The notes: generated by a model from the letters alone, not told the origin. DNA of 64,000 nucleotides from Candidatus Spongiisociaceae bacterium (GCA_965219685.1 CBDCOH010000002.1:1120001-1184000); one strand, 5' to 3'. Shown: positions 1 through 8,422, numbered from the stretch's first letter. Numbers and translations are program-made.

Positions 1-555
1 CGACTCCGAACCGGGAGTCTTGATGATCTCCCCGGCCACCGTCTGCAACCACTCGAAGCGCTCGCGGCTCATCCCCTCCGGGAGGATCGCCACCGACTCG
101 CAGCCCAGCAGGTTGGAGTCGTAGGCGCCGCCGCGGCAGTAGTTCCCCGTGGAAGGCCACACCGCCTTCTGGGTTGACGGGTCGAACTGTCCGGTGACCA
201 GGCGGGGAACCAGGCAGCCGAAAGCCGCTCCCACCTTGTGGGCGCCGGTCGGGAACCACTTGCCGATCAGGGAGATGATCCGGGCCTCGACACCGGTCAG
301 TTCGGACGGCCACTCGACGTAGTTGACTGGTCCGAACCCGCCCCCTTGGGCGACCGGTTCGTTGTGCCAGGTGATCCGGTACAGGTTGAGGGGGTGGAGA
401 TCCCACAGACCGATGCCCGCGAGGCCTGACCGGACCTCGGATGGGATCAGGTTCGGGTCCCGCATCTGGGCGAGGGTCGGGATGCGCACCCGGCGCTCCC
501 TGGTGTGGGCCGCCACCGACTCGAGGGCGGCCGCGTCAACGGTCAGATCGATCAT
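1..555 (-). CDS. PLP-dependent enzyme, fold type II (beta-subunit family); 3' end runs off the window
   Basis: Manual translation from ATG at 555: MIDLTVDAAALES...GKWFPTGAHKVGAAFG...AVWPSTGNYCRGG (PLP lysine motif GAHK, STGN motif); AAGGA RBS upstream; not in ORF track because truncated. Confidence 0.85.
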   Translation of the reverse strand, partial: MIDLTVDAAALESVAAHTRERRVRIPTLAQMRDPNLIPSEVRSGLAGIGLWDLHPLNLYRITWHNEPVAQGGGFGPVNYVEWPSELTGVEARIISLIGKWFPTGAHKVGAAFGCLVPRLVTGQFDPSTQKAVWPSTGNYCRGGAYDSNLLGCESVAILPEGMSRERFEWLQTVAGEIIKTPGSES

Positions 556-698
556 ATTCAGGCGTCCTTCGGCCCTGTTGGGCCGGGTAGTGGTCCATTA
601 CGGTCGATCCTCCTGCCTGTGCAGGGTGATCTGCTCTCCACAGTTCCGATCGGGCCAGGGCCGGTGCGGATCATCGAACAAGGTCGCAGTAGGACGGT

Positions 699-917
699 TT
701 ACGACCATACCCTCTCGTTGACCACGATCGCGCCAACATCGGTCTCGTCTATGTCGAGCGAACAGGCGATCAGGTCGCGTGCGGCATTCTCCACCTCGTC
801 GAAGTGCGCCGCCTGCGTGTAGCCGAACTTCAACCCGAGCACCCTGACTGCCCACCAGCCATCGGCCGTGTTGAACGCTTCAACCTGGTACATATCGGTC
901 GTACCTAGGGTTGTCAC
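699..917 (-). CDS. hicB: HicB-like antitoxin (short, N-terminal domain only)
   Basis: YQVEA..DGWWAVRV..L..GYTQA.HFDEVENAARDLIA resembles HicB; GTG start overlaps the hicA TGA (GTGA, 914-917). Confidence 0.7.
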   Translation of the reverse strand: MTTLGTTDMYQVEAFNTADGWWAVRVLGLKFGYTQAAHFDEVENAARDLIACSLDIDETDVGAIVVNERVWS

Positions 918-1111
918 CGGACGGCCTCCCTGGCTTCTCTGAGGATTGCTCTGGCAGTATGTTCGTTGACCTCGCGGTGACGGGGGATGTAGACCCGCTC
1001 GCCGCCAAACGTCCATATCTGATGGCTGCGACCCTCACGGAGGAAGCGGAACTCCACGTCGGCCGACTTGGCGATGATCCGGAGTTGCCTCACGAGGTTC
1101 CGCCTTTTCAT
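914..1111 (-). CDS. hicA: HicA-family mRNA interferase toxin
   Basis: 65 aa basic protein MKRRNLV...REGRSHQIW...IPRHREVNEHTARAIL, HicA pattern with catalytic His; upstream of a HicB-like gene. Confidence 0.8.
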   Translation of the reverse strand: MKRRNLVRQLRIIAKSADVEFRFLREGRSHQIWTFGGERVYIPRHREVNEHTARAILREAREAVR

Positions 1112-1345
1112 AAGAGGTTAACAGTCGTTATGTGCCGTGCGAGCCTGGCCACCCTGCCATGTGGCAGTGCTGGCTTCAATACCTACGCGGTGCGGGTGCC
1201 GGCCGGTCATACAGATGTTGTATCAACGACACATGGCCCCATCAACCCCTTCGTGTTGTGCCGAACCGGACTGGGCACGGTGCGGGTGCGACCTCCGAGT
1301 GGCAGTTCCTCCATATAAGTCGAGAGTGCCAAACAAGAGCGATCG

Positions 1346-1411
1346 CCTTTGGCTCCGCCAACGCCCGGCGCCCGATGCGAACTCGTTGTCGCCAATAGTC
1401 AGATCGATCAT
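1346..1411 (-). pseudogene. Decayed duplicate of the 5' end of the PLP beta-family gene that starts at 555
   Basis: 1398-1411 identical to 542-555 (GTCAGATCGATCAT); MIDLTIGDNEFASGAGRWRSQR aligns without gaps to MIDLTVDAAALESVAAHTRERR; ATG overlaps the upstream TGA, with AAGGAAG RBS. Confidence 0.7.
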
Positions 1412-2715
1412 GTCTGCTTCCTTAGCTTCCGGATCCACTGTTCCATTCTGGTGGCTATCTCGTCGGGGTCCAGCCCGTCCGGACCCGGACGGACCGGCAG
1501 GGGTACCGCGCCTGTCCTGTCGATCCCGCGCATCACCCCGCGGATGTCCTTCAGACCAGATCCGGTGGAGATGACCACCACCCGGTCGAGGGTCCCCTCC
1601 CCCCGCGGGTCTCCCTGCGATCCGTCCGCCACTTCGGCCAGCCCGGCGAAGGCGGCCGCCGCGGCCGGTTCGGGAAAGATGCCGGAGTCGGCCGACACAG
1701 TCGGGATCATCTCCAGGATGGCCTCGTCATCGACCGTCACCCATGCACCCCCGGTCTCGACTACCGCGGCCATCGCCTTGACTCGATCGCGGGGCAGGTC
1801 GGCGCTGATGGAGTCGGCGGCGGTGTCGGCGGCGACGGGCTGTTTGGTGACCACATCCTCCTCCTCCAGCCAGGCCTCGGCCAGATAGGAGCTGCCTTCG
1901 GCCTGCACTCCGTAGATGCGGGGCATGCGGTCGATCCATCCCAGTTTCAAGGCGTCCTTGAAGCCCTTGTGCACCCCTCCGATGATCGACCCGTCGCCCA
2001 CGCTTACGAACACCGCGTCCGGCGCCTCCCAGCCCAGTTGCTCGGCGATCTCCAGGGCCACGGTCTTCTTGCCTTCTCCCACGTAGGGATTGATCCCGGT
2101 GTTCCGGTTGTACCAACCGAAGCGTGCCACCGTTTCCTGGCATAACCGGAAGGCGTCGTCGTAGGTGCCCTCCACGAGCATCACGAACGCCCCGAAGGCG
2201 AGGAGTTGGGCGACCTTCGCCTCCGGTGCGGTGTCGGGGACGAAGATCACCGCGGTCTGGCCGGTTCCTGCCGCGAGACCGGCCAGGGCGGCGGCGGCGT
2301 TTCCCGTGGACGCGGTGGTGACCGTCTCGGCCCCTTCCTGGGCAGCTCTGGCCAGTGCGACCGCCGAGGCCCGGTCCTTGAGGGAAGCGGTCGGCTGGCG
2401 CCCCTCGTCCTTGATCCAGAGTCGCCCTACGCCCCAGCGCCGGGCCAGTCTCTCCGCCTCGACGAGCGGGGTCCCGCCCACTCCGAGAGCGGAGACAACC
2501 GTGGAGGACCCGACAGGAAGCAGGGGGCGGTAGCGCCACATGGACCGGTCCGGGTCTGCCGCCAGGCTCTCGCGTGTCAGCGTTTCGTTGATGGCGGCGT
2601 AGTCGTAGCGGGCGTCGAGGGTGCCCGCATCGCCGCAGCGGTCGCATACGTAGCGGCCCGGAGAGGGTTGGTACGACGCGGCGCAGACGGTGCATCGCAG
2701 CCCGGTCAGGTACAT
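1408..2715 (-). CDS. thrC: Threonine synthase-like PLP enzyme
   Basis: N-terminal CxxC..CxxC, SMWRY, PTASLKDR PLP lysine, ASTGNAA, VSVGDGS, STGSGLK; exact substrate uncertain. Confidence 0.85.
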   Translation of the reverse strand: MYLTGLRCTVCAASYQPSPGRYVCDRCGDAGTLDARYDYAAINETLTRESLAADPDRSMWRYRPLLPVGSSTVVSALGVGGTPLVEAERLARRWGVGRLWIKDEGRQPTASLKDRASAVALARAAQEGAETVTTASTGNAAAALAGLAAGTGQTAVIFVPDTAPEAKVAQLLAFGAFVMLVEGTYDDAFRLCQETVARFGWYNRNTGINPYVGEGKKTVALEIAEQLGWEAPDAVFVSVGDGSIIGGVHKGFKDALKLGWIDRMPRIYGVQAEGSSYLAEAWLEEEDVVTKQPVAADTAADSISADLPRDRVKAMAAVVETGGAWVTVDDEAILEMIPTVSADSGIFPEPAAAAAFAGLAEVADGSQGDPRGEGTLDRVVVISTGSGLKDIRGVMRGIDRTGAVPLPVRPGPDGLDPDEIATRMEQWIRKLRKQT

Positions 2716-2718
2716 CCG

Positions 2719-3657
2719 CTAGGCAGGTGGTACGGCGCCACGCCGCTCGGTGATCAGCCCGTAGTGCTCGTGCATCCGGTAGTAGTCGAAGTCGAACAAT
2801 GTCTGCTTGTAGGTGTCGCAGAAGTCGAGGTCGATGGTGGTCGAGATCACCTCGTCCTCGGTGGTGACCGCTTGGGCGATGATCTGCCCGGACGGGGCGA
2901 TGATGACGCTCTGGGCGAGGCTGTCCACCCCCTCCTCGATTCCCCCCTTGGCGACCCCGACCACGAAGGCGCCGTTCTGGTAGGCGCCGGCCTGCATCAC
3001 GAGGTGGTTGTGGAATCCGGACAGCGCGTTCTGGGTGGGGTCGGGCGCGTAGTGGAGCGGGGTGTTGTAACCGATCAGGATCAGCTCGGCTCCCTGCAGG
3101 CCGAGCACCCGGTAGGTCTCCGGCCAGCGGCGGTCGTTGCAGATCGCCATCCCTACGATCCCGCCGAAGGCGTTCCAGGCTCCGAACCCGTCCGGCCCCG
3201 GCTCGAAGTAGTGCCGCTCGGCGTGCTGGAACTCCCGCCACGGCTCGTATTGGGCGTGGCCGGGTATGTGTATCTTGCGGAACTTGGATACCACGGTCCC
3301 GTCGCGTTCCACCAGTATGTAGGTGTTGTAACGATGCTCGACGCCCTGGTCGTCGGTGGCGATCTCCGCGTACCCGAGCGCGAACCCGATCCCAAGGCGG
3401 CGCGCCTCGTCGAACAGCGGCTTGGTGTCGCGGTCGGGCATCTCCCGGTGGTAGTAGTGCTCGAACTCGGCGGGGTCCGCGACGAACCATCGCGGGAAGA
3501 AGGTCGTCATGGCCAGCTCCGGGTAAACCAGCAGGTCGACCCCTTGGTCGTGTGCATCGTGCAGCATCGTCATCAGGCGGTCCACCACTTCGCTCTTCGA
3601 CTCTTCCCGGGCGATGGGGCCCATCTGGCCCGCGCCGACGGTGATCCGTCTCGACAT
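2719..3657 (-). CDS. N-carbamoyl-D-amino-acid amidohydrolase (nitrilase superfamily)
   Basis: PELAMTTFFPRW, FRKIHIPGH, ICNDRRWPE, IGYNTP, MQAGAYQNG are D-carbamoylase signatures. Confidence 0.9.
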   Translation of the reverse strand: MSRRITVGAGQMGPIAREESKSEVVDRLMTMLHDAHDQGVDLLVYPELAMTTFFPRWFVADPAEFEHYYHREMPDRDTKPLFDEARRLGIGFALGYAEIATDDQGVEHRYNTYILVERDGTVVSKFRKIHIPGHAQYEPWREFQHAERHYFEPGPDGFGAWNAFGGIVGMAICNDRRWPETYRVLGLQGAELILIGYNTPLHYAPDPTQNALSGFHNHLVMQAGAYQNGAFVVGVAKGGIEEGVDSLAQSVIIAPSGQIIAQAVTTEDEVISTTIDLDFCDTYKQTLFDFDYYRMHEHYGLITERRGAVPPA

Positions 3658-3688
3658 CTGAGAATCCTCCTCGGTCTATCGCTGTTAT

Positions 3689-3706
3689 TTTACAGTTTGT
3701 AAACTG
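3689..3706. promoter_or_regulatory. Candidate operator: two overlapping AT-rich inverted repeats between divergent amidohydrolases
   Basis: TTTACA-gtt-TGTAAA (3689-3703) and CAGTTT-gt-AAACTG (3693-3706). Confidence 0.55.
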
Positions 3707-3750
3707 CGGTGCGGTCCCGAGGGTGGCCGTGTCGAGGCAAGGAGGTCAGG

Positions 3751-4593
3751 ATGGCGAATGTGGTGCGGGCGGCGCTGGTCCAGAGCGAGTGGACGGGCGA
3801 CAAGGAGTCCATGATCGAGAAGAACATCGGGTACGCCCGCGAGGCCGCCGCGCAGGGGGCGCAGATCCTGTGCTTCCAGGAGATCTTCAACACCCCGTAC
3901 TTCTGCACGCACCAGGAGAACGAGCACTTCGCAACCGCCGAACCCATCCCCGAGGGTCCCACCGTCTCCAGGATGATCGAGTTGTCTCGCGAGACCGGAA
4001 TGGTGCTGATCGTCCCGATCTTCGAGGTGGAGGACACCGGCCACTACTACAACGCCGCGGCGGTCATCGACGGCGACGGCACCTACCTCGGCAAGTACCG
4101 CAAGACCCACATTCCCCAGGTGGCCGGCTTCTGGGAGAAGTTCTACTTCCGGCCCGGCAATCTCGGCTATCCGGTCTTCGACACCACCGTGGGCCGCATC
4201 GGCATCTATATCTGCTACGACCGCCACTTTCCCGAGGGCTGGCGGGAGCTGGGTCTGGCCGGCGCAAAAATCGTCTTCAACCCCTCCGCCACCACCCGGG
4301 GCCACTCCAAGTATCTGTGGGAGTTGGAACAACCGGCCGCCGCGGTGGCCAACGAGTACTTCGTGGGCGCCATCAACCGGGTCGGAAGCGAGAACCTGGA
4401 GGGTACCGACTACTACGGCAGTTCCTACTTCGCCTCGCCCCGGGGGCAGATCATCGGGGGTACCGCCTCGGACACCGCCGACGAGGTGGTGGTGAGGGAT
4501 CTTGACCTCGACCTGATCGAGGAGGTTCGCCACCATTGGGCTTTCTACCGGGATCGCCGCCCCGAGATCTACGACCGGATCGCGACTCCCTGA
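3751..4593 (+). CDS. Beta-ureidopropionase-like carbon-nitrogen hydrolase
   Basis: FQEIF, YRKTHIP..GFWEKFYF, ICYDRHFPE, NPSAT, NRVG triad motifs; AAGGAGG RBS before ATG 3751. Confidence 0.85.
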   Translation: MANVVRAALVQSEWTGDKESMIEKNIGYAREAAAQGAQILCFQEIFNTPYFCTHQENEHFATAEPIPEGPTVSRMIELSRETGMVLIVPIFEVEDTGHYYNAAAVIDGDGTYLGKYRKTHIPQVAGFWEKFYFRPGNLGYPVFDTTVGRIGIYICYDRHFPEGWRELGLAGAKIVFNPSATTRGHSKYLWELEQPAAAVANEYFVGAINRVGSENLEGTDYYGSSYFASPRGQIIGGTASDTADEVVVRDLDLDLIEEVRHHWAFYRDRRPEIYDRIATP

Positions 4594-4615
4594 GGCCGGT
4601 GTCGGTGGCCGGTCG

Positions 4616-5542
4616 TCAGCCGTCCTGGTTCCTGGCGGCCGACCCCTCTGCCCAAGTAGCGAAGCCGACCACCACCAGGCAGGACCCGAGGGCGAGGGTA
4701 ACCGGGACCACTATGTCGGGTCCCGGAGTTCCGAGCATCGTGGCGCCGATCCCGTCCTCATCGCCGAGTCCGTTCGGCCAGGGCCACAGGATGCGGAAGG
4801 ATCCGGCCATCAGGCCAATCATGGTCGCCACCACCAGGTCGTGGTAGCGCTCCAGGAGCCACTCCAGGAGCCGGGAGAACAGGCCCAGGCCTGCCGCCGC
4901 GCCGGCGGCGAGACTCAAGAGCGCGCCGATCCGCAGGTCGGTCACCGCTCCGAGGGCGTGCTGGTACATGCCGATCGCCAGCAGCAGGAAGGATCCGCTC
5001 ACGCCGGGGAGTATGAAAGCACAGATGGCGAGGGCCCCGGCGGCCGCGAACACGTACCAGCCGGGGTCGTGGACGGCCGCACCACGCAAGCCGAAAAGGA
5101 CGAAGGCGGCGGCGCCGACGATGGCCGCCATGGCTCCGTGCACCACTCCGGGTGTCCGGATCTGCCACCAGGCGACCACGATCGCGCCGGCGATGAGCCC
5201 GAAGAAGACGGCTGCGATCCGGACGGGGTGATCCCGCAGCAGGTCCTCCACGACCCGCGCCAGGGCTGCAACCGAAACGACGGCGCCGGCCACCACCGCA
5301 AGCAGGAAGCGCCAGTCGATGCGTCGGAAGGCCCGGACGGCTCCACCCGGGTCGCCTCTGATGAGGCGTCCCGCACTCAGGGCTCCCGTACCGATCGCTG
5401 TGACGAGGCGTCCGTAGATGCCGGTGACGAGCGCCACCGTGCCGCCGGAGACACCCGGCACCAGGTCGGCCGTGCCTATGGCCAGCCCACGAACGACCAG
5501 CCCAGCGGTCTCCCGGGCCCCATAGATGCTGGATTTGTCCAT
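4616..5542 (-). CDS. DUF368 membrane protein (putative undecaprenyl-phosphate translocase)
   Basis: Two internal motifs GTADLVPGVSGGTVA and AFILPGVSGS; multiple TM helices; ILWPW. Confidence 0.88.
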   Translation of the reverse strand: MDKSSIYGARETAGLVVRGLAIGTADLVPGVSGGTVALVTGIYGRLVTAIGTGALSAGRLIRGDPGGAVRAFRRIDWRFLLAVVAGAVVSVAALARVVEDLLRDHPVRIAAVFFGLIAGAIVVAWWQIRTPGVVHGAMAAIVGAAAFVLFGLRGAAVHDPGWYVFAAAGALAICAFILPGVSGSFLLLAIGMYQHALGAVTDLRIGALLSLAAGAAAGLGLFSRLLEWLLERYHDLVVATMIGLMAGSFRILWPWPNGLGDEDGIGATMLGTPGPDIVVPVTLALGSCLVVVGFATWAEGSAARNQDG

Positions 5543-5704
5543 TCAGCGTGCACGCTACCGCCGGTTGCCGGACACCCGGTCATTTGCGCCTGCGAGGGAT
5601 TCGCACTCGTGCCGAACCGCACCCGGCCGCCAATCTCACCAACAGGAACCCTGATAGCACCCTCCCATGCTCACCGTCGCGGTCAACCGGCGACCGGAGA
5701 CCGG

Positions 5705-6769
5705 TCACACCGAGAACCTCACCAGCATCACGTCGCCATCTCGAAGCGGGTACTCCTGTCCCTCCACCCGCACCACGCCGGTGGCTTTCCGCGCCGCGTC
5801 CCACCCACCTCGACTGATCACGTCGTCGATGGTCGCCACCTCGGCCCGGATGAATCCCCTCTCCATGTCGGAGTGGACCTTCCCGGCCGCCGCCCGGGCG
5901 GTCGTGCCTGCCGGGACCGTCCAGGCACGGCACTCCCTCGGGCTGATCGTGTAGAAGGTGACCAGTCCGAGGGCGTCGTAGGCGGCCCGGGCGACGACCG
6001 CGGCAGCCCCCTCCCCCAGGCCCAGCCCCTCGTACAACTCCTCCCGCTCGGGCGGGTCCAGCCGGATGACCTCCTCCTCCAGCAGGGCGGACACGGCCAC
6101 AACCGGATCGGTCCCCGGCACCACCTTCCTCAACCTGTCCACGGGGGTTTCCCGGTCGAGGTCGTCCTCCGACAGGTTGATCACCCAGACGCACGGAACC
6201 AGGCTCACAGGCGCCAGATCCCGGAAGACTCTCAGTTCGGCTCCGGACCACGGCGCGACCCTCAAGGGGAGTCCATCGGCTAACTGGTCCGCAGCCCGGG
6301 AGATCGCTGCGGCGGTAGGGCGCAGGGCCGGATCGGCGGACGCCTCCTTGAGGATCCGCTCGCGCCGGCGGTCGAACACTTCGAAGTCGGCCACGGCCAA
6401 CTCGATCAGCAACTCCTCGGCCTGGGCAACCGGATCGGTCCCATGCGATCCCTCGGGCACCCAATCCGCTTCGTGGCCGCGGAGCACCATCAAAAGCAGA
6501 TCCGGCTCCCGTCTCGGACCGAGGCCCCTGACCGATCCGGGGCGGACGGCCGAAAGGTCGTGGATGTCCAAGGTCGCGTGGGTGGTCTTGCGGGACTTCT
6601 CCAATCCTGCGACCACGTCCAGGCGCCGGTCTGCGATCCTGACGACCCCGAGATTGGGCTCGACGGTGGTGTAGGGATGGGGGGCTGTGGGGGCCTCGAG
6701 ACCGGTGAGCGCGTTGAAGACCGTCGTTTTTCCGGAGTTGGCGAATCCGACGAGGCCGACACGAGTCAT
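5705..6769 (-). CDS. ychF: YchF/OLA1-family ATPase (divergent)
   Basis: P-loop GFANSGKTT, YTTVEPN, C-terminal RAWT..AAGKVHSDMERGFIRAEV..DGDVM. Confidence 0.8.
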   Translation of the reverse strand: MTRVGLVGFANSGKTTVFNALTGLEAPTAPHPYTTVEPNLGVVRIADRRLDVVAGLEKSRKTTHATLDIHDLSAVRPGSVRGLGPRREPDLLLMVLRGHEADWVPEGSHGTDPVAQAEELLIELAVADFEVFDRRRERILKEASADPALRPTAAAISRAADQLADGLPLRVAPWSGAELRVFRDLAPVSLVPCVWVINLSEDDLDRETPVDRLRKVVPGTDPVVAVSALLEEEVIRLDPPEREELYEGLGLGEGAAAVVARAAYDALGLVTFYTISPRECRAWTVPAGTTARAAAGKVHSDMERGFIRAEVATIDDVISRGGWDAARKATGVVRVEGQEYPLRDGDVMLVRFSV

Positions 6770-6786
6770 GCGACTCGCAGGCTAGT

Positions 6787-6925
6787 CAGTGAGTGGTGAA
6801 TGGTGAATGGTGAATGGTGGTAACTCTTGAGGGTATCCGACTGCTGAGCTGGTACCGGGCCACGACGAGCCGGGCGTGGCTGGTGGCTGCACGCGTTCCC
6901 GACACCCGACGCCCGATACCGGGTC
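6787..6925 (+). repeat. Heptamer-flanked dispersed element, copy 1
   Basis: (TGGTGAA)x3, 59-bp core 6822-6880, then CCCGACA/CCCGACG/CCCGATA; core matches 45343-45401 at 49/59 without gaps. Confidence 0.85.
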
Positions 6926-6938
6926 TACGATCCCGGTC

Positions 6939-7949
6939 ATGAGAGTGGCAGTCATCGGAGCCGGTTCGTGGGGGACGACCATCGCGGCGATCGCCTCCGC
7001 CAACGCCGATGTGATTATCTGGGCGCGCCGGCGCGAACTGGCCGACCGGATCAACACCGACCGTGCCAATCCCGACTACCTGCCCGGTTTCTTCCTGTCC
7101 GAGGATCTGGTCGCCACCTCGGACCTGGAGCGGGCTTTGGGCAACGCCGACCTGGTGGTGGTGGGGGTTCCTTCGCACGGATACCGGGCGGTCATGGAGC
7201 AGGCCAGGGGGTTGATCGCTCCCTCCACCCCGGTGATCAGCCTCACCAAGGGGATCGAGACGGACACGGGTCTGCGTATGTCGGAGCTGACCTTGGAAGT
7301 GCTGGAGGAGCACGAGCCGGCGGCGGTGGGAGTCCTGTCGGGCCCCAATCTCGCAGTGGAGATTATGGAGGGCCAACCGGCCGCGACCGTGGTCGCGATG
7401 GGCGACACGGATGCCGCCGCCAGGATCCAACCTGTGTTCAACACGCCGAGGTTCCGTGTCTATACCAACCCCGACATGGTGGGGGTGGAGTTGGCGGGCG
7501 CCATCAAGAACGTGATAGCCATCGCGGCGGGTGTCTCTACCGGGCTTGGTTTCGGCATGAACACGATGGCCACACTCGTGACGAGGGGTCTGGCCGAGAT
7601 GACCAGGCTCGGTATAGCGTTGGGGGGGCAGGCGTTGACGTTCGGGGGTCTGGCCGGGGTGGGCGACGTAATGGCGACCTGTGGGAGCCCGCGCAGCCGT
7701 AACAACCGGGTCGGTTACCAACTGGGCCGCGGTCGGACCATCGATGAGATCCTGGCGGATATGACCATGGTTGCCGAGGGAGTCAAGACGACACGACCGG
7801 TTCTCGACCTCGCCGCCCGGCACGGGGTGGAGATGCCCATCGCCGAGGCGGTGGGGAGGATCCTCCACGAGGGCGACACCGTCCAGCAGGCCATGGCCGC
7901 CCTGATGGGCCGGGCGCCGAAGTCGGAGGGACACGGAATCGTCCCTTGA
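6939..7949 (+). CDS. gpsA: NAD(P)H-dependent glycerol-3-phosphate dehydrogenase
   Basis: IGAGSWGT, LTKGIE, LSGPNLA, GAIKNVIAIAAG, SRNNRVG, VAEG; TACGAT -10 seven nt before ATG. Confidence 0.96.
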   Translation: MRVAVIGAGSWGTTIAAIASANADVIIWARRRELADRINTDRANPDYLPGFFLSEDLVATSDLERALGNADLVVVGVPSHGYRAVMEQARGLIAPSTPVISLTKGIETDTGLRMSELTLEVLEEHEPAAVGVLSGPNLAVEIMEGQPAATVVAMGDTDAAARIQPVFNTPRFRVYTNPDMVGVELAGAIKNVIAIAAGVSTGLGFGMNTMATLVTRGLAEMTRLGIALGGQALTFGGLAGVGDVMATCGSPRSRNNRVGYQLGRGRTIDEILADMTMVAEGVKTTRPVLDLAARHGVEMPIAEAVGRILHEGDTVQQAMAALMGRAPKSEGHGIVP

Positions 7950-8015
7950 TCTCGCTCGGGTGGGTGTTGTGGCGGCACCCGCGTGTCGGAACCAGCCCCG
8001 AGGTACGATGTCGGT

Positions 8016-8306
8016 ATGTCTGCTCAACTCCGCATCTATGACATCAAGCCGGGAACGATGGAAGAGTTCGCCTCCAAGGTCGACGAGGAGCTCATCCCGA
8101 TACGCCTCGATCACGGATTCCGCCGGAGCGGTCCTTGGATCGTCGAGGAGAACTACCAGTACGTCTGGATCGTCCACTACGACGGCGACGAACCGTTCGA
8201 AGAGGTCGACAGGCGCTACTACGCAGATCCGCGCCGCGGCGAGATGTCGTTCAATCCCATGGACTACATCGACAAGGTCGACGCCAGGATGCTTACTAGT
8301 CTATAG
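8016..8306 (+). CDS. NIPSNAP-family protein
   Basis: QLRIYDIKPG.MEEF...HGF...GPW...YVWIV pattern; TACGAT six nt before ATG 8016. Confidence 0.75.
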   Translation: MSAQLRIYDIKPGTMEEFASKVDEELIPIRLDHGFRRSGPWIVEENYQYVWIVHYDGDEPFEEVDRRYYADPRRGEMSFNPMDYIDKVDARMLTSL

Positions 8307-8308
8307 CC

Positions 8309-8422
8309 GGTGGTTTGTAGTTGGTGATGGTTGGTTAGCTCGTCCAGTTCGTGGTCCAGATGCGAGGTATGTAGTCGCTTGCCATCGAGTTACTACTAGA
8401 CCGACGCTAGATACACAACAAG
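8309..8422 (-). repeat. Heptamer-flanked dispersed element, diverged copy 3 (reverse orientation)
   Basis: Minus strand TAACTC...CGACTAC...CCT..A.CTGGACCACGA; TAACTC-to-CCACGA spacing 38 vs 39 in copy 1; degenerate G/T-rich heptamers 8309-8338. Confidence 0.55.

Noticed and set aside
1300-1332. GAGTGCCAA (1324-1332) resembles a CIRCE half-site
   Set aside because: No TT(A/G)GCACTC partner at the required 9-bp spacing and no chaperone gene nearby.
1727-3702. Long overlapping ORFs such as 1727..3490, 2206..3702, 4841..6283 and 37064..38536
   Set aside because: Shadow frames of real genes, expected in high-GC DNA; no motifs.
5545-5556. Perfect palindrome AGCGTGCACGCT at the DUF368 promoter
   Set aside because: Single occurrence in GC-rich DNA with no other support; may be an operator but cannot be shown.
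5580-5708. 42-aa ORF coupled to the ychF stop with faint resemblance to the DUF368 N-terminus
   Set aside because: Needs several gaps to align; too weak to count as a stub.
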